From: Dictyostelium discoideum
Lineage: Eukaryota
NCBI GenBank assembly: GCA_000004695.1
Contig: CM000151.3
Span: forward strand, 4,224,001 to 4,288,000
Direction: 5' to 3'
DNA length: 64,000 nucleotides
Shown here: in pieces, positions 48,736 through 63,997 of the stretch
Numbering within the stretch: the stretch's first letter is position 1
Layout: every line of letters begins with the position of its first letter
Program-made: the position numbers and the translations under genes
Notes under the pieces: generated by a model
Told to the model about the DNA's origin: nothing
Seen by the model: only the letters and a program-made list of their open reading frames with translations
Databases searched by the model: none

Positions 48736-49672
48736 ATTATTTATTAATTTGTTTATTTATTTTTTTATTTATTTGTTTATTTGTTTTTTTTTATTTATTT
48801 ATTTGTTTTTTTATTTATTTATTTATATTTATTTATTTATTTATTTATTTATTTGAAAAAGTTTTTAAAAATTTCTGTTTGATTAATTGTGTATGATAAA
48901 AATTTAATATAATTTATAATAAAATATTATCTTTTAACCAGTTAAAATTATTTTCATTTGATTATTTTCATAAAGTTATAAAGATATTTATCAAATTAAA
49001 AAAAATAAATAAAAAAATAAAAAAAAAGTATAATTCTATTTGTGATTTAAAAAATAATTTATTTTTTAGTCATTGAAAATAATTAAAAAAATTAAAAATG
49101 AAAGAAAATAATAGTTATTTTTTTTTTATTATTTAAGATTTCAAAAATATTCTCTTAATTTTAAAAAAAAAAGAAAAAAACAATGAAACAGTAATTTTAA
49201 AATAAAAAAAAAAAAAGTTAAAATAATAATAGTGGTTGTAAAAATAATAAAATTCTCAAAGATATCTTTTAAAAAATTTAATTATAATAATTATATATAA
49301 CAAAACGATTTTATTTTTGTTTATTTTTTTTTTTTTTTTTTTTTTTACTTTTCACAATGAATGACTTTGTGTTGATGGTTTTAATTAATTAAAATAATAT
49401 TATTTTTTTTTTTTTTAATAATTTTGGCCAAAATTAAAATTTTTTTTTTTTTTTTTTTTTTAATTTAAATTAATTTTTGTTTTTTTTTTTTTTATTTTTC
49501 AAAATTGATTATTTTTACAAAAACATACACACAAAAAATAAAAAAATAAAAACACATACACACATACATTCACTCATATATATACTTTACTTTTTTTTTT
49601 TTTTTTTTTTTATTATTATTAAACCTCACACTTTTTTTAATATTGCACCATTTAATAATATAATAATAAATA

Positions 49673-51158
49673 ATGAAAAAAACAAAAGATATTGGAATTT
49701 GTGCAATTGACATTTATTTCCCACAAACCTATGTAAATCAAAGTGAATTAAAGAAATATGATAAAGTGTCAAATGGTAAATATACAATTGGATTAGGACA
49801 AACCAATATGTCATTCGTTGGAGATAGAGAAGATATAGTATCGATGGCAATGACATCAGTTAAAATGATGATGTCAAAATATAGCATTGACTATCAATCA
49901 ATTGGTAGACTAGAAGTTGGTACAGAAACAATCATTGATAAATCGAAATCAGTGAAATCATCAATAATGTCATTATTTCAAGAATATGGTAACACATCAT
50001 TAGAAGGCGTCGATACATTGAATGCATGTTATGGTGGTACCAATGCATTATTTAACAGTTTACAATGGATTGAATCAAGTTATTGGGATGGTAGATATGC
50101 GTTAGTGGTAACTGGCGATATCGCAGTCTATAGCAAAGGTGCAGCTCGTCCCACTGGTGGTGCTGGTGTCGTCACAATGCTAATTGGTCCAAATGCAACA
50201 TTAATATTCGACCAATCATTACGTGGCACTCATATGGAGAATGTGAACGATTTCTATAAACCTGACCTATCAAGTGAATACCCCTATGTTGATGGTAAAT
50301 TATCAATTGAATGTTATTTAAGAGCATTAGACAAATGTTATTTAGAATATAAAAAAAAATTTGAATCAATCAATGATGATAATAAATTTTCAATGGATTC
50401 TTTTGATTATGTTTGTTTTCATTCACCTTATAATAGATTAGTTCAAAAATCATACGCTAGATTAATATATAATGACTTTTTACAAAATCCAAATAACCCA
50501 AAATATCAAGACCTTTTACCTTTTAAAGATTTATCAACTGGTAAAGACAGTTATATAAATTCAAAACTCGATCAAATCACTCTAAAATTATCATTGGATG
50601 ATTTTAAAACTAAAGTTAATCCTTCAACTTTACTCTCAAAAGAATGTGGTAATAGTTATTGTGGTTCAGTTTATAGTGGTATTTTATCATTATTATCAAA
50701 TGTTAATGATTTAGTAAGTGTATACACTAAATAAATAATTATTTTTAATTTTTTTAATTTTTTTCAATTTTATTAATTTGTTAATTTTATAGAATAATAA
50801 AAAAGTATTAGTTTTCTCTTATGGATCAGGTTTAGCGGCATCTTTGTTTTCATTTAGAATTAATAATAATAAAAATAGAAATAATAATAATAATAATAAT
50901 AATTGCTTTTTTAAAACAACAAATGATATTGGAAAGATTTCAAATATAAAAGAACGTTTATCAAATAGGGTTAAAGTTTCACCTGAAGAGTTTACAAGAA
51001 TTTTAGATATTAGAGAAAAGAGTCATCAAATGGTTGGTGCTCGTACACCAATTGATACTCTTGATTATATTTCAGCTGGTACTTTTTATCTTGAAAAAAT
51101 TGATGAAAAGTTAATAAGACATTATAAGTCTAAGCCAATTATATCTTCAAAATTGTAA
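49673..51158 (+). CDS. Hydroxymethylglutaryl-CoA synthase (HMGCS), 468 aa, join(49673..50713, 50793..51158)
   Basis: The sequence IGICAIDIYFPQTYVNQSELKKYD...GRLEVGTETIIDKSKSVKS...NACYGGTNALFNSLQWIESSYWDGRYALVVTGDIAVY...ARPTGGAGVVTMLIGPNA is a near-identical collinear match to HMG-CoA synthases, including the catalytic Cys in NACYGG. A GTAAGT donor at 50714 pairs with a TTTTATAG acceptor at 50792 (79 nt, phase 0). The C-terminal exon encodes GSGLAASLFSF...VSPEEFTRILDIRE... with an Asn-rich insert. Confidence 0.9.
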
Positions 51159-51807
51159 TAATAATAATAATAATAATAAATAATAATAAAATAATTAATA
51201 TTTTCATATATATATATAAATAGAATTAGGATCCTCCCTTTTTTTTTTTTGGATTTTTTTTTTTTAGTTTTTCCCAAAAAAAATTTTTTTTTTTTTTTTT
51301 TTTTTCATTTTCATTTTCATTTTTCATTTTCAATGAAGACAACAAGATTTCATTAGGTATTTATCATAAATCTATTCATTAAATAATATTGAACAATAGG
51401 GAGTAATAAAAAAAAAAAGAAAAGGAGCTTCAAGTAATGATGATTAAATAATTTATTATTGTATGTTGTGTGTGTGTAATTAAAAAATTTAGAAAAGTGT
51501 TAAAAAAAAAAAAAAATATTAAGAGAAAGGTCGTTACATTTTTTTTAAAAATGTATTGTTACAGTCCTTAATGCAGGATACCTATTATTTTTTTTTTTTT
51601 TTTTTTTTTATCAAATAACTTTTTTTTTTTTTTTATACATTAACACAACAAATCAAAAATGATTAAAAAAGGCGAATCTGAACATGTTAATTTTTTATTT
51701 TAATAAATAAATAAATTAAAATTTAATAAAAAGTAAACTAATTTTTTTTTTTTTAATATATGTAAATTATTGTTTATTTTTTCATTTTTTTTATTTTATT
51801 TTTTATT

Positions 51808-53314
51808 TTATTTTTTGAATTTACTACCATCAACCTTCATTTCAATTTCATCTTTATATTCTCCTTCTTCTTCTTCTTCTTCTAATTCTTCTTCTTCTAA
51901 TTCTTCATCTAATTGAATTGGATCAATCCAAGTTCTCCAAATATCTTTGCCTAATAGTAATTCAGCATCAGTTAATAGACAATTATTTAATTCAGATTCA
52001 ATTAATGATTGATTCATAGTATTACCACCAATGAAAACCAATTCTTGTCTTCTATCACCAAATGGTTCTGACCAATTCTTTTTGATTTCTTTTTGAAGAT
52101 CAAGGTTTGGATATTCATGTGGTTTTAAATCTGCTAACCAATAACCATAGTTTAAGATTGTCATTTGAACACCAGCTAAATTCCACATACCAATTAATTC
52201 AGGTGTTGATGCTATCCATGAGAAACCTTTTGAACGTAAAACACCGCCAAATACAGCCGACCCTTTTTCAATGACATTACTTAATCTTTCAGAATTGAAT
52301 GGTCTTCTTGCTTTGTAAATGAAACTTTTGATACCGTATTCAATGGTTTCAGGTACATGTGTACCTCTCAACTCTTTTAACCAACCTGGATGCTCTGATG
52401 CTTTCTTGAAGTCGAATAAACCCGTATTCAATATCTCCTTCAATGGCACCACGCTATTTGTAGATCTGAGTAGTCTGGCTTCTGGATTAATGTGTTTAAT
52501 CAGTCCTTCAATTGTTTTCACTCTCTCTTCTGATACTAAATCACATTTATTCAATAGAATCACATTTGAGAATTCAACTTGGTCTAATAATAAATCAACT
52601 AATGAACGTTCATCTTGATCAGTGGCTTGCATATCCTTGTCTTTTAAACTCTCACCAGATTGATATTGTTCTAACCATGTTGAACAGTCAACTACAGTCA
52701 CCATTGTATCCAATTTAGTATAATCTTTTAAATTCTCAATACTACCATCAATTTCAAATGTAAAAGTCTCTGCTATTGGTAACGGTTCTGAAATACCACT
52801 GGATTCAATAATTAAATAATCAAATCTTTTCTCTTTAGCTAATTTCGTCACTTCAACCAATAAATCCTCTCTCATTGTACAACAAATGCAACCATTTGAC
52901 ATTTCAACAACTGCTTCAACTTGTTTTTCCGTTGCTTTAGTTCTTGTAATTTTAAATTCATTTTCTAAAATTAATTTTGAATCAATATTAACTTTTTTTT
53001 TTAATAATAAATTAGTATTAAATTAGTATTAAAATTAAATTAAATTAAATAAATAAAAATTATAATTTACCTTCACTCATATCATTTACAATAACTGCAA
53101 TTTTTAAACCATGATTTGAATTTAAAATATAATTTAATAAAGTAGTTTTACCACTTCCTAAAAATCCACTAAGTACTGAAACTGGTAATTTCTCAAATCC
53201 TCTAACTTTAATTTTATGTAAAGTTTTTTTTAAATTTGAAGCATTTGATTTTAAATAATGTTTTTTCATTCTTCTTGGTTCTTTATTATTATTTGTTGAA
53301 GTTTTATTTACCAT
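51808..53314 (-). CDS. CobW/COG0523-family GTPase (ZNG1/CBWD-like zinc metallochaperone) of about 466 aa, join(53071..53314, 51808..52964) on the minus strand
   Basis: ATG at 53312-53314. The P-loop is [22 protein letters not shown] donor at 53070 (phase 1) pairs with an AATTTTAG acceptor at 52965, giving a 106-nt intron. Exon 2 contains the metal-binding GCICC motif ([16 protein letters not shown]) and the CobW C-terminal domain. The C-terminal tail is acidic. Confidence 0.85.
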
Positions 53315-53487
53315 TTTTCAATTATTTATTTATTTTTTAAATTATTTATTATTTATTATTTTTTTTTAATTTTAACTTTATTATTTATTTATTTACTTTT
53401 TTAAAAAAATTTAAAGAATAAATAAATTTAAAATCACAACCCATTATTTTTATAGTTTTTTTTTTTTTACAGGATTTAGTAATTCTT

Positions 53488-53519
<32 letters not shown>

Positions 53520-53520
<1 letters not shown>

Positions 53521-53880
53521 AGTGAAATAGTTGGAAAAACACTCCGCTGGGTTGAGAATTTTGTGAAGTGGAATTTTTTAATTTGGTATAAAAAGTCCAA
53601 GTGAATTTAAAGAAATCAAGATGTTACTAAAAACCCTTCATTTTAACTGAGTGTTTTTTAATTTTTTAGTTTCTTTAATGTTTGTTAATGTGCATTTGTT
53701 GGTGTGCTTTTTTTTTGAAAAAAAAAAAAAAAAAAAAAAAAAAAAACACTTCGTTTCTTAAATTTTCCATTCTAATATATTTTTTTTTTTTTTTTTTTTT
53801 TAACAGGACAATCAAAAAAAAAAAAAAAAAATTATAATTATTTAATCACAATTAGTGAAAATTTGAAACGGAGTGTTTTC
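53520..53880. promoter_or_regulatory. Cluster of four copies of an 11-15-nt motif, AAAACACTCCG(TTTC), in both orientations, in the divergent promoter between the CobW-GTPase gene and rad9
   Basis: Copies are at 53527-53537 (AAAACACTCCG, plus strand), 53649-53659 (reverse complement AAAACACTCAG), 53744-53758 (AAAACACTTCGTTTC, plus strand) and 53866-53880 (reverse complement AAAACACTCCGTTTC). They sit on an otherwise homopolymer-A/T background. Confidence 0.5.
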
Positions 53881-54258
53881 TTTCTAATTTTTTTTTAAAA
53901 AATTAAAAAACTTTGGTTTTTATTTATTTATACAATTTTTTTTTTTAATTTCAACAAAAAACCATGAGGCTATTGTTGCAATCTGCATTATAACTATAAG
54001 AATAAATTTTAAAAAACTTTATTATTTTTGAATATCTTGTTTAGATTTTTTTTTTCTTTTTTTTTATCTTTTTTTCAAATTACCAAAAAATAAGATTTTA
54101 AAAAGGTATTTATAATCATATTTTAATGTTTACTCGTAATTTGAAAAAAATAAAAATAAATAAAAAAAGTGGTAATTAAAAAATTAAAAAATTCTTTCAA
54201 AAAATGAAAATAATTTTAATTACCATTTGATTAAGAAAAATTTATTTTCTGGGAATTG

Positions 54259-54289
<31 letters not shown>

Positions 54290-54391
54290 CGCAAATTATT
54301 TTTTTTTTTTTAAAAAAAATTATAATTTAATTAAATATCCAAACAAACTTGTACATAAATATATTATAAAAATAAATAAATAAAAAAGACA

Positions 54392-55653
54392 ATGCAATTC
54401 GTTGTGGCAAATAGACATATAAAGGTATATTTTTTTTCCCAAAATAAAAAATAAAATAAAAAAAATAAAAAAATAAAATAAAAAAAATAAAAAATAAAAA
54501 ATTTACTTATTCTTTTAAAAAAAAAAAATAAAAAAAAAAAAAATAAAAAAGCAATTTTCAAAAAGTTTGCAATGTATTTCAAGGATAGGTGATGATTTAT
54601 ATATTGAAGGTAGACAAGAATATATTAAATTTACAACAGTTAATAACTCGAAATCAGCATTTGTAGTATTTCAATTCTCAAACTCATTCTTTCATTCCTA
54701 TAGTTTAGAAGGAGATGAAGGTATACAGTATAAGGCAAAGTCTAAACTTTGTTTTCAAATGTTTCATTCATTAAGTAACATTGATAAATGTGCAATGAAA
54801 ATCGATTTAGAGGGAAAGATATCATTCTACCTTTTATGTAAAAATGGTATTCAAAAGACATACTCTATAAACTATGAATTATCACAATTACAAAGTGCTG
54901 TTTACAATAAGAATAGTCCTTATAAAATCTCTGTTAAACCAAAACAAATCTCTGACTGTTTAAATTATTTCGCTTCAAATACTGAAGAAATCTCAATTAA
55001 TCTTCAAAGAGATCGTTTATTAATTAAAAGTTCAACTGATGATAAAAGTAAGTTTTTATATTTTTTATATATATATTTATATATTTAATACTAACAGTTT
55101 TTTTTTTTTTTTTTTTTTTTAGGAGGATTAAAGAATTTATTCACAGAACTAGTATTAGATCGTAGTGATTTTGATGAATATGATTTTAATGGTGATGGAG
55201 AGGAGATTTCATTCAACTTTAAAGATTTAAAAACTATTATGGCATATGTTGATGTTATAAATAATCCTTGTACTTGGTTTATAGAAAGGGCTGGTTTACC
55301 ATTTCATATTAATTTAAAATATAGTTCAACTTATGAAGTTGATTTTGTATTAGCTACATTACAAGATAGTTCACAACCAAATGATGATCGTCAACAATAT
55401 CAACAACAATATCAACAACAATATCAACAGCAGCAACAACAACAACAATACCAACAACAGCAACAGCAACAACAATATCAACAACAGCAGCAACAACAAC
55501 AACAACAATATAGAAATAGTAATACAGTAGGATCATCCCCATTATCAATGAATACAAGAAATACACCACAACAATATAGAAATAGTAATACGGTGGGATC
55601 ACCAAGTGTAGGACAATCAAATCAACAATATCAACAACAACAGCAACAATATC

Positions 55654-55686
<33 letters not shown>

Positions 55687-56036
55687 ACTCACCAAACCAA
55701 AACAACATGTATGATGATGATGATGGAATGGATATGGGACCAATTGATCATGATTTAAGTCCTGCTATTAACTATGGTGATTCAAGAACTTCTCAACAAC
55801 CACAACAAATACAACAACAACAACAACAACAAATGCAACCACATTACAATAATCAATCAATGCCACCATCATCATTAGGTTCAACTTCAAGTTATTTAAC
55901 AACAAATAGTAAAAAACCTGTTATCAGTTATCGTGGTATAAACTTGGAGGCTGATGACGATGATGATGATGAAGAAAATGGTTTTAATCAAAATGAAAAT
56001 GAAGAACAAAATATTCAAAATAGTCAAAATCAATAA
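54392..56036 (+). CDS. rad9: Cell-cycle checkpoint protein Rad9 (9-1-1 clamp subunit) of about 480 aa, join(54392..54424, 54552..55047, 55123..56036)
   Basis: The spliced N-terminus MQFVVANRHIK|QFSKSLQCISRIGDDLYIEGRQEYIKFTTVNNSKSAFVVFQFSNSFFHSY matches the start of human RAD9A ([53 protein letters not shown]). Intron 1 is a GTATAT donor at 54425 paired with an AAAAAAG acceptor at 54551 (127 nt). Intron 2 is a GTAAGT donor at 55048 (phase 1) paired with a T20-AG acceptor at 55122. The third exon has ...DFVLATLQDSS followed by a Q-rich, low-complexity C-terminal tail. Confidence 0.8.
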
Positions 56037-56120
56037 ACATGTATAATAATAATAATAATAAAATTATTTTAAAATTAATTAAATAAAATTTTTTATTTTT
56101 CCATATTATTTGTATTACTT

Positions 56121-59100
56121 TTAAGTTGTTTTAAAAAAATAAGAACTTCTGTATTGAGAGTTATAATCTTGATTTTGGATTGTTAAACCAACTGCAACCA
56201 TTAAAAAGAATAAGATAACTAAAATTATTAAAAAGAATAAAATATTCTATAATTTTTAAAAAAAAAATAAAATAAAAAAATAATGGGATTAGTATAACAT
56301 TTTTTTTTTTTTTTTTTTTTTAATTTAAAAATTAATTTACTTACTATACAAATACTACTTCCTATATTACTACTACTACTACTACTACTACCAACTTTCT
56401 TTGATTTTAATTTATTATTATTATTATTATTTTTAATATTATTATTATTATTAATATTATTTTTATTTTTTAATTGAGTTTCAATAAATTGTTTAATTTC
56501 TTCTTGTTGTTTTAAAAAGTTTGACTGAGCATCTTCTAAAGTATTTTTAAGATTTTCAGCTCTTTCTCTTTCTCTATCTTTTTCTTTTCTTATAAATTCT
56601 TCATTTTCATCGATTTCAACCAATTTACCCATGATTGATTCAACATTTGTACTAATGATTGTATTGGTTTGTTCTTGATTTTTACAGATTTTTTCGAATA
56701 AAACTTCAATTGTATTCATTGATATAATTAAATTACTTTCAATTGAAGATGATGATGATGATTGTGTTGATTGTTGTTGTTGTTGATTATTATTTACAAT
56801 TGTTGGGAATTGAATTTCCAATTTATTTGTTAGTGTATCTATTTGAGTTTTTAAATTTTTTAAAATTAAAGTTTGTTCAGTATGTTTTGATCTCGCTAAA
56901 TCAATTTCTTTTTGAAGGGATTTCTCACGTTCTATATGTTGATTTGTAAGTGATGAAATATTTAATTTTAATTTTTTAATCTCTTCTAATGATTCATTAT
57001 TATTATTATTTAATGATGAATTTGATAAAGAATCAACTGAATTTGAATAAGTACTTTGTAAAATATTTAAACGATCTTGTAATTCTTTTGATTGACGTAC
57101 GACCTCATTACATTTTGATTTCCATTTTTGTTTATTTGATTCTAATGTATTTATTCTTTGATCTTTATCAGTTGATTCTTCTAAAGCTTTTGTTAATTTT
57201 AAACGAATTTCATCAGATTCTGATTTTGAATTCAATAAAGCATCTTTTAATTTTAATTCCAATTGTTTGGATTTTTCATTTGAATCATGAAGATCATTTA
57301 CTAATTGTTGACGATGATTAAATGATTTTTGAATTTCTTCATTTGTTGCTTGATATTTTTGAGAGTATTGTTCAATCTTTAAGAGTTGCTCTTGATTTAT
57401 TTGTTTTGAAAGCTCCAATTCTTGTGTTAGGATTTCAATTTGTGATACATTATTTTTATTTAAAACATTAAATTTTTTTGGTAGATCTGAATTCTCTTCC
57501 TCTAAATTAATGATATCCTCTTGAAGACGGTCATTCTTTTTTTTTAATTCTTCACAGGCATTTTGTAGTTGTGTAATGTAGGTTGCAACCGATGATGGTG
57601 GTATTACACCACTATTAATTGAAATTTTCTCTATGAATTTCTTGTAGGTTTCAATATCTTTATTTAGTTCACGTAATTTTGCTTTCAATTCTGAATGAGA
57701 TTCTTCAACGTTTTGTAATGGTTTATTCTTAACAGATTGAGCACGTTGACCGAAATTTAAAGATTGAATGGTTTCTCTTATGACTGATTCATGATTTGAA
57801 CTTGAACAATTTACAATTAAACATGTCTTTGAATTACCACCAAAACATTGTTGTAGTAATTGAGTTAGCTTACTATCTCTATATCTAACATGTTTGGAAT
57901 TCTTTGACATATCTTCAATCACACCACCCAAGGCATACAATGATTTATTGATTGATTTTGTCTCTTCAATCTTTGATGTTGTGCCATCGATTTTTGATGC
58001 ACTTTCAGAGCCTGCCAAATCTACTAAATACAACAATGATGTAACGGTCATTTTATTCTCTAAATCTTCCTTTAACAATGATACTATGAATATTGCATGA
58101 CTTCTACTACTTGCCATATTCTTTTTGGTTTCTGCTATCTTTCTATTCTTTTCAATATGTTGTAAATGTGTTAGAAAATCTGTAAATGTTTGAATTGATG
58201 ATTGAACTGCATCTGGTACTATAAATCCACCATCTGCCATTCTAATCTCAATATCATTCACTCCACCCTCTGATAGCAAATCATAAACTTTCTCTTTGTA
58301 AACCTCTAAATATGATATTTTAGTTGTAAATTTAATACGTTGTGGTGTATTCATTGATTGTTGTTCATCTTGTTTAATAAATAAATCTTTAATAATTCTT
58401 GGCATAATACCCCATGATGATGGTAATAGTTGTTGTTGTTGTTGTTGCTGTTGGCTTCCATATAAATAATGACTATTATTATAAAATTCAGATCTATTAC
58501 AATATGAATTATAAGAATCATTACCCTCACCACCAGAGAAACCTAATGAAAATGTTTTACCTGCACCAGTTTGACCATAGGCTATAATACCAACATTATA
58601 ACCATTAACAATATTATCAATCAATGGTTTACCAACTTCATTATAAAATGATTCTTGAGTAGTATTTGGTTGATAAACTTTTGAGAATCTAAATGCTTGT
58701 GCCATTGAACTTGATGATGATGATGTTGGTGTAATATGAATAGTTGTTTGATCAGTTCCAATTGTTAATTGTTTCTCTGATGGTCCTAATGTTTGTTCAG
58801 CTGCTGTCTCTGGTCTAAATCTACATACTGCTTGAATACTTTCTTCTCTATCACTAAATAATGGTTGAGTTTTTGATGTAATATTAACACCACCAACTGA
58901 ATTAAAATTTTGAATTGGTGTTCTTCTACCACTAATTGATGATGATGATGGTGTTGGTGATGGTGATGATGATCTATTATTTAAATTTAAATGATTATTA
59001 TTATTATTATTATTACTACCATTGTTTAAATGTGAACTTGGTGATAAACTATTACTATTAATACCATTACTTGTATTTAAAGTATTATTAGTTGTAGTCG

Positions 59101-59887
59101 TAGTTGTTGTAGTTGTAGTTGTGAGATTATGTTGATTAAATCCTTCCATTAATGATAATTCTGGTGGTGGTGAAGTTGTAGAAATAAACATTGTTGGTGA
59201 AGGTGTAGATGTTGATGAATTTGAATTTACTAAATGATGATTACCATTTCCACCACCACTATTACTAAGTGGATTATTGCCATTATTTGTCGATGAAGGT
59301 AAACTACTAAATGCTGTATTGCTTGATGTTGAAAGTGTAACTTTTTGATTTTGACTTAAAATTTCAGAATTATTACTCTCTAACATTGATGAAATATTTG
59401 TTGATGTTACATTATTACCATTACTACCATTATTATTATTATTATTATTATTAGTGGTATGATTTGGTTGAGGTGTTGATGGTCTTGAACCTAGTGATGT
59501 AGTTGTAGTTGTTGATATGAATGATGAATGACGTTTTGAAGGATCTTTTTTTGCACTTAATTGTTGTGATGGAGGTAGGGGAATTGATGATGGCGGTAGT
59601 AGTGATGAATTCATCGATAGCCTTTTCTTTGAAGATTGTGACATTGGTGTCGATAATGAATCCATATTTAAGGTTTTCTTTGCATTCTCCATCGTTGAGA
59701 ATACCAATGATCCTTTACCAATACTATTAGTTATCGATGATGTAGTAGCAGTGGTACTACCATTTCTTGGTGTTGATATTGATGATGTTGATGGTGATGA
59801 ATTTGATCTTGACCTTAATTGACCGCCAGTAGTTGAATTTATCGTTGGTTGTTTAGGTGTTGAAAAATTATTATTATTATTATCCAT
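56121..59887 (-). CDS. kif9: Kinesin with an internal motor domain and a C-terminal transmembrane anchor, 1222 aa, consistent with Dictyostelium Kif9. Model is join(56345..59887, 56121..56246) on the minus strand.
   Basis: The first ATG is at 59885-59887; the ORF-track start at 59902 is GTG. An S/T/N-rich N-terminus of about 350 aa precedes the motor, which has the P-loop GQTGAGKT, switch II DLAGSE, and VCRFRPE... A long coiled-coil stalk follows. A GTAAGT donor at 56344 (phase 0) pairs with an ATTATAG acceptor at 56247, giving a 98-nt intron. The final 41-aa exon encodes NILFFLIILVILFFLMVAVGLTIQNQDYNSQYRSSYFFKTT*, a single TM helix. Confidence 0.85.
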
Positions 59888-60243
59888 ATTTACTATTCTC
59901 ACCCCACACTATATATATATATATATATATGTATATATTTGTATTTTAATTGAAAATGATATTCTATCCTTCCTAAATTATAATGACATGAATTTTGATG
60001 TTTATTTATCCAAAAAAAAAAAAAAAACAATAAAAAAAAAAAAGATATTTATTCTTTGTGTGTGTGTTAGTTTTTTTTTTATTTGTTGTTAGAATCTGAA
60101 AAATGAAAAATTTTAAAAAATTAAAAAATTTGAAAAAAAAAAAAATTTGGAAAAAAAAAAAAATAATAAAAAAATTATCTAAATCTAAAATGTGTAAACC
60201 GATGGTTTCTTATTATTATTACAAATGACTCTAAACGAAACTG

Positions 60244-60290
<47 letters not shown>

Positions 60291-61021
60291 TTTTTTTTCA
60301 AATTTTTTATTATAAAAAATAACAGTAATCCAAAGATTTTTAAGATTTTTATTTTTTTTTTTATTTTTTTTTTATTTTTTTTTTAATCAACTTAATTTTT
60401 GTGTTATATTAAACATAAACTAATAAATAAACAAATAAATAAATAAATAAATATTTCCATTTTTATTTTTATTTTTTTTTATTTTATTTTAATTTTTTTT
60501 TTTTTTATTTTTGAAAAAAAAAAAAAAAAATAAAAAAAAAAAAGCGGGTTTGAAGGTTCTATTTTTAGAATATCTAACTGAATTTGATTTATAATATTTG
60601 TTCAATTAAAATCATTACCAATTTACTCAAAAATAAAAAATAAAATAAAATAATTTAAATAAAAAAAATTTTTTTTTTTTTTTTTTTTAATTTTTTTAAG
60701 TCCAAAATGACCTAAAAATAGTTGAAAGTATTTTTAAATGGGAAAGTTTTTTAATAAAATAATAACAGATAAAAAAAAAAATAAAAAAATAATAATAAGA
60801 AGAAAAAAAAAAAAAAAAAAAAAAAAAAAATTAAATTTACATTGAAACTTAAAATATTATTGATTATTTCATTCTATTTTAGTAAAATAATTTGATATTC
60901 TCATAAATGATTTTAAAGGAGTTTATTTTTAATTTTTATTTTATTTTATTTTTTTTTTTTTTTTTCATTTTTTTTTTTTTTTTCATTTTTTTTTTTTTTT
61001 TTAAAATTTTTTTTTTTTTTA

Positions 61022-61054
<33 letters not shown>

Positions 61055-61181
61055 CAAACGCAACTTTGTACACATAAAATCACACGCTCAAAACCCATAT
61101 AAATTTTTTAATTTAAACCATAATTTTTAATAATTTTTTTTTTTTCTCTATTAATTAAATAATTTTAACAATACACACATA

Positions 61182-61301
61182 ATGTCCGAATCACAATTAA
61201 AAAAAGTTTTAAAAGAAAATGAAACCTTAAAAGCTCAATTAGAAAAATCAACTACCATCTTAAAAGTTTCTGAAGCATGTGAAAGGTATTTAAACAAATA
61301 A

Positions 61302-61338
<37 letters not shown>

Positions 61339-61557
61339 ATAATTTAAAATCAAAATCAAAATCAAAATCAAAATACTAATCTAATATCTTTCTTTATTAT
61401 TATAAAAATTTTAAACCTTTTTATTTTTTTATTTTTTTATATTTAAAATAGTTTACAAGATTATTGTACCAAAACAAGTGATCCATTTATCCCAGGTTGG
61501 TCAGGTGAAAATGAATGGACTAAACCACTCAAAGGAAATGGATGTTCTGTGTTATAA
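61182..61557 (+). CDS. gpgA: Heterotrimeric G-protein gamma subunit of 69 aa with a C-terminal CaaX box, join(61182..61285, 61452..61557)
   Basis: Exon 1 is MSESQLKKVLKENETLKAQLEKSTTILKVSEACE. A GTATTT donor at 61286 (phase 2) pairs with a TAAAATAG acceptor at 61451 (166-nt intron). Exon 2 is SLQDYCTKTSDPFIPGWSGENEWTKPLKGNGCSVL*, with a typical Ggamma coiled-coil and a CSVL prenylation motif. Confidence 0.85.
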
Positions 61558-62027
61558 ATATTATCAACTTATACATTGTACATTATATAGAATTTAAACA
61601 AACAAATAAAGTAATAGTAATAATAATAAAACAAACAAATAAAAAAATAAAATAAAAAAAACAAAAAAAAAAAATAAAAAAAAAAAAAAAAAATAAAAAA
61701 GGTTAAAATTAATTAGCTCATATTAGTCTTAATCATGTGTTTTTTTTATTTATATGTTTTTTGAGAAAAAAATTAATTAGTTCATTTAAGTCTTATTCAT
61801 TTTTTTTTTTTTTTAGTACCAAAGTTCTGTTGAGAAAAAAAAAATAAAATTTGCTCGCAAACCACTTGATTACCGATAATTTTGTGTGGGCAAAAAAAAA
61901 AAAAAAAAAAAAAAAAAAATTAAAATTAAAAAAAAAAATTCAAATAATAATTTTTTTTTTTGGTCAAGATTTTTTTTTTTGATCAAGATTTTTTTTTTCT
62001 TTTTTATTTCATTTCCTTGGTTCAAGT

Positions 62028-63997
<1,970 letters not shown>

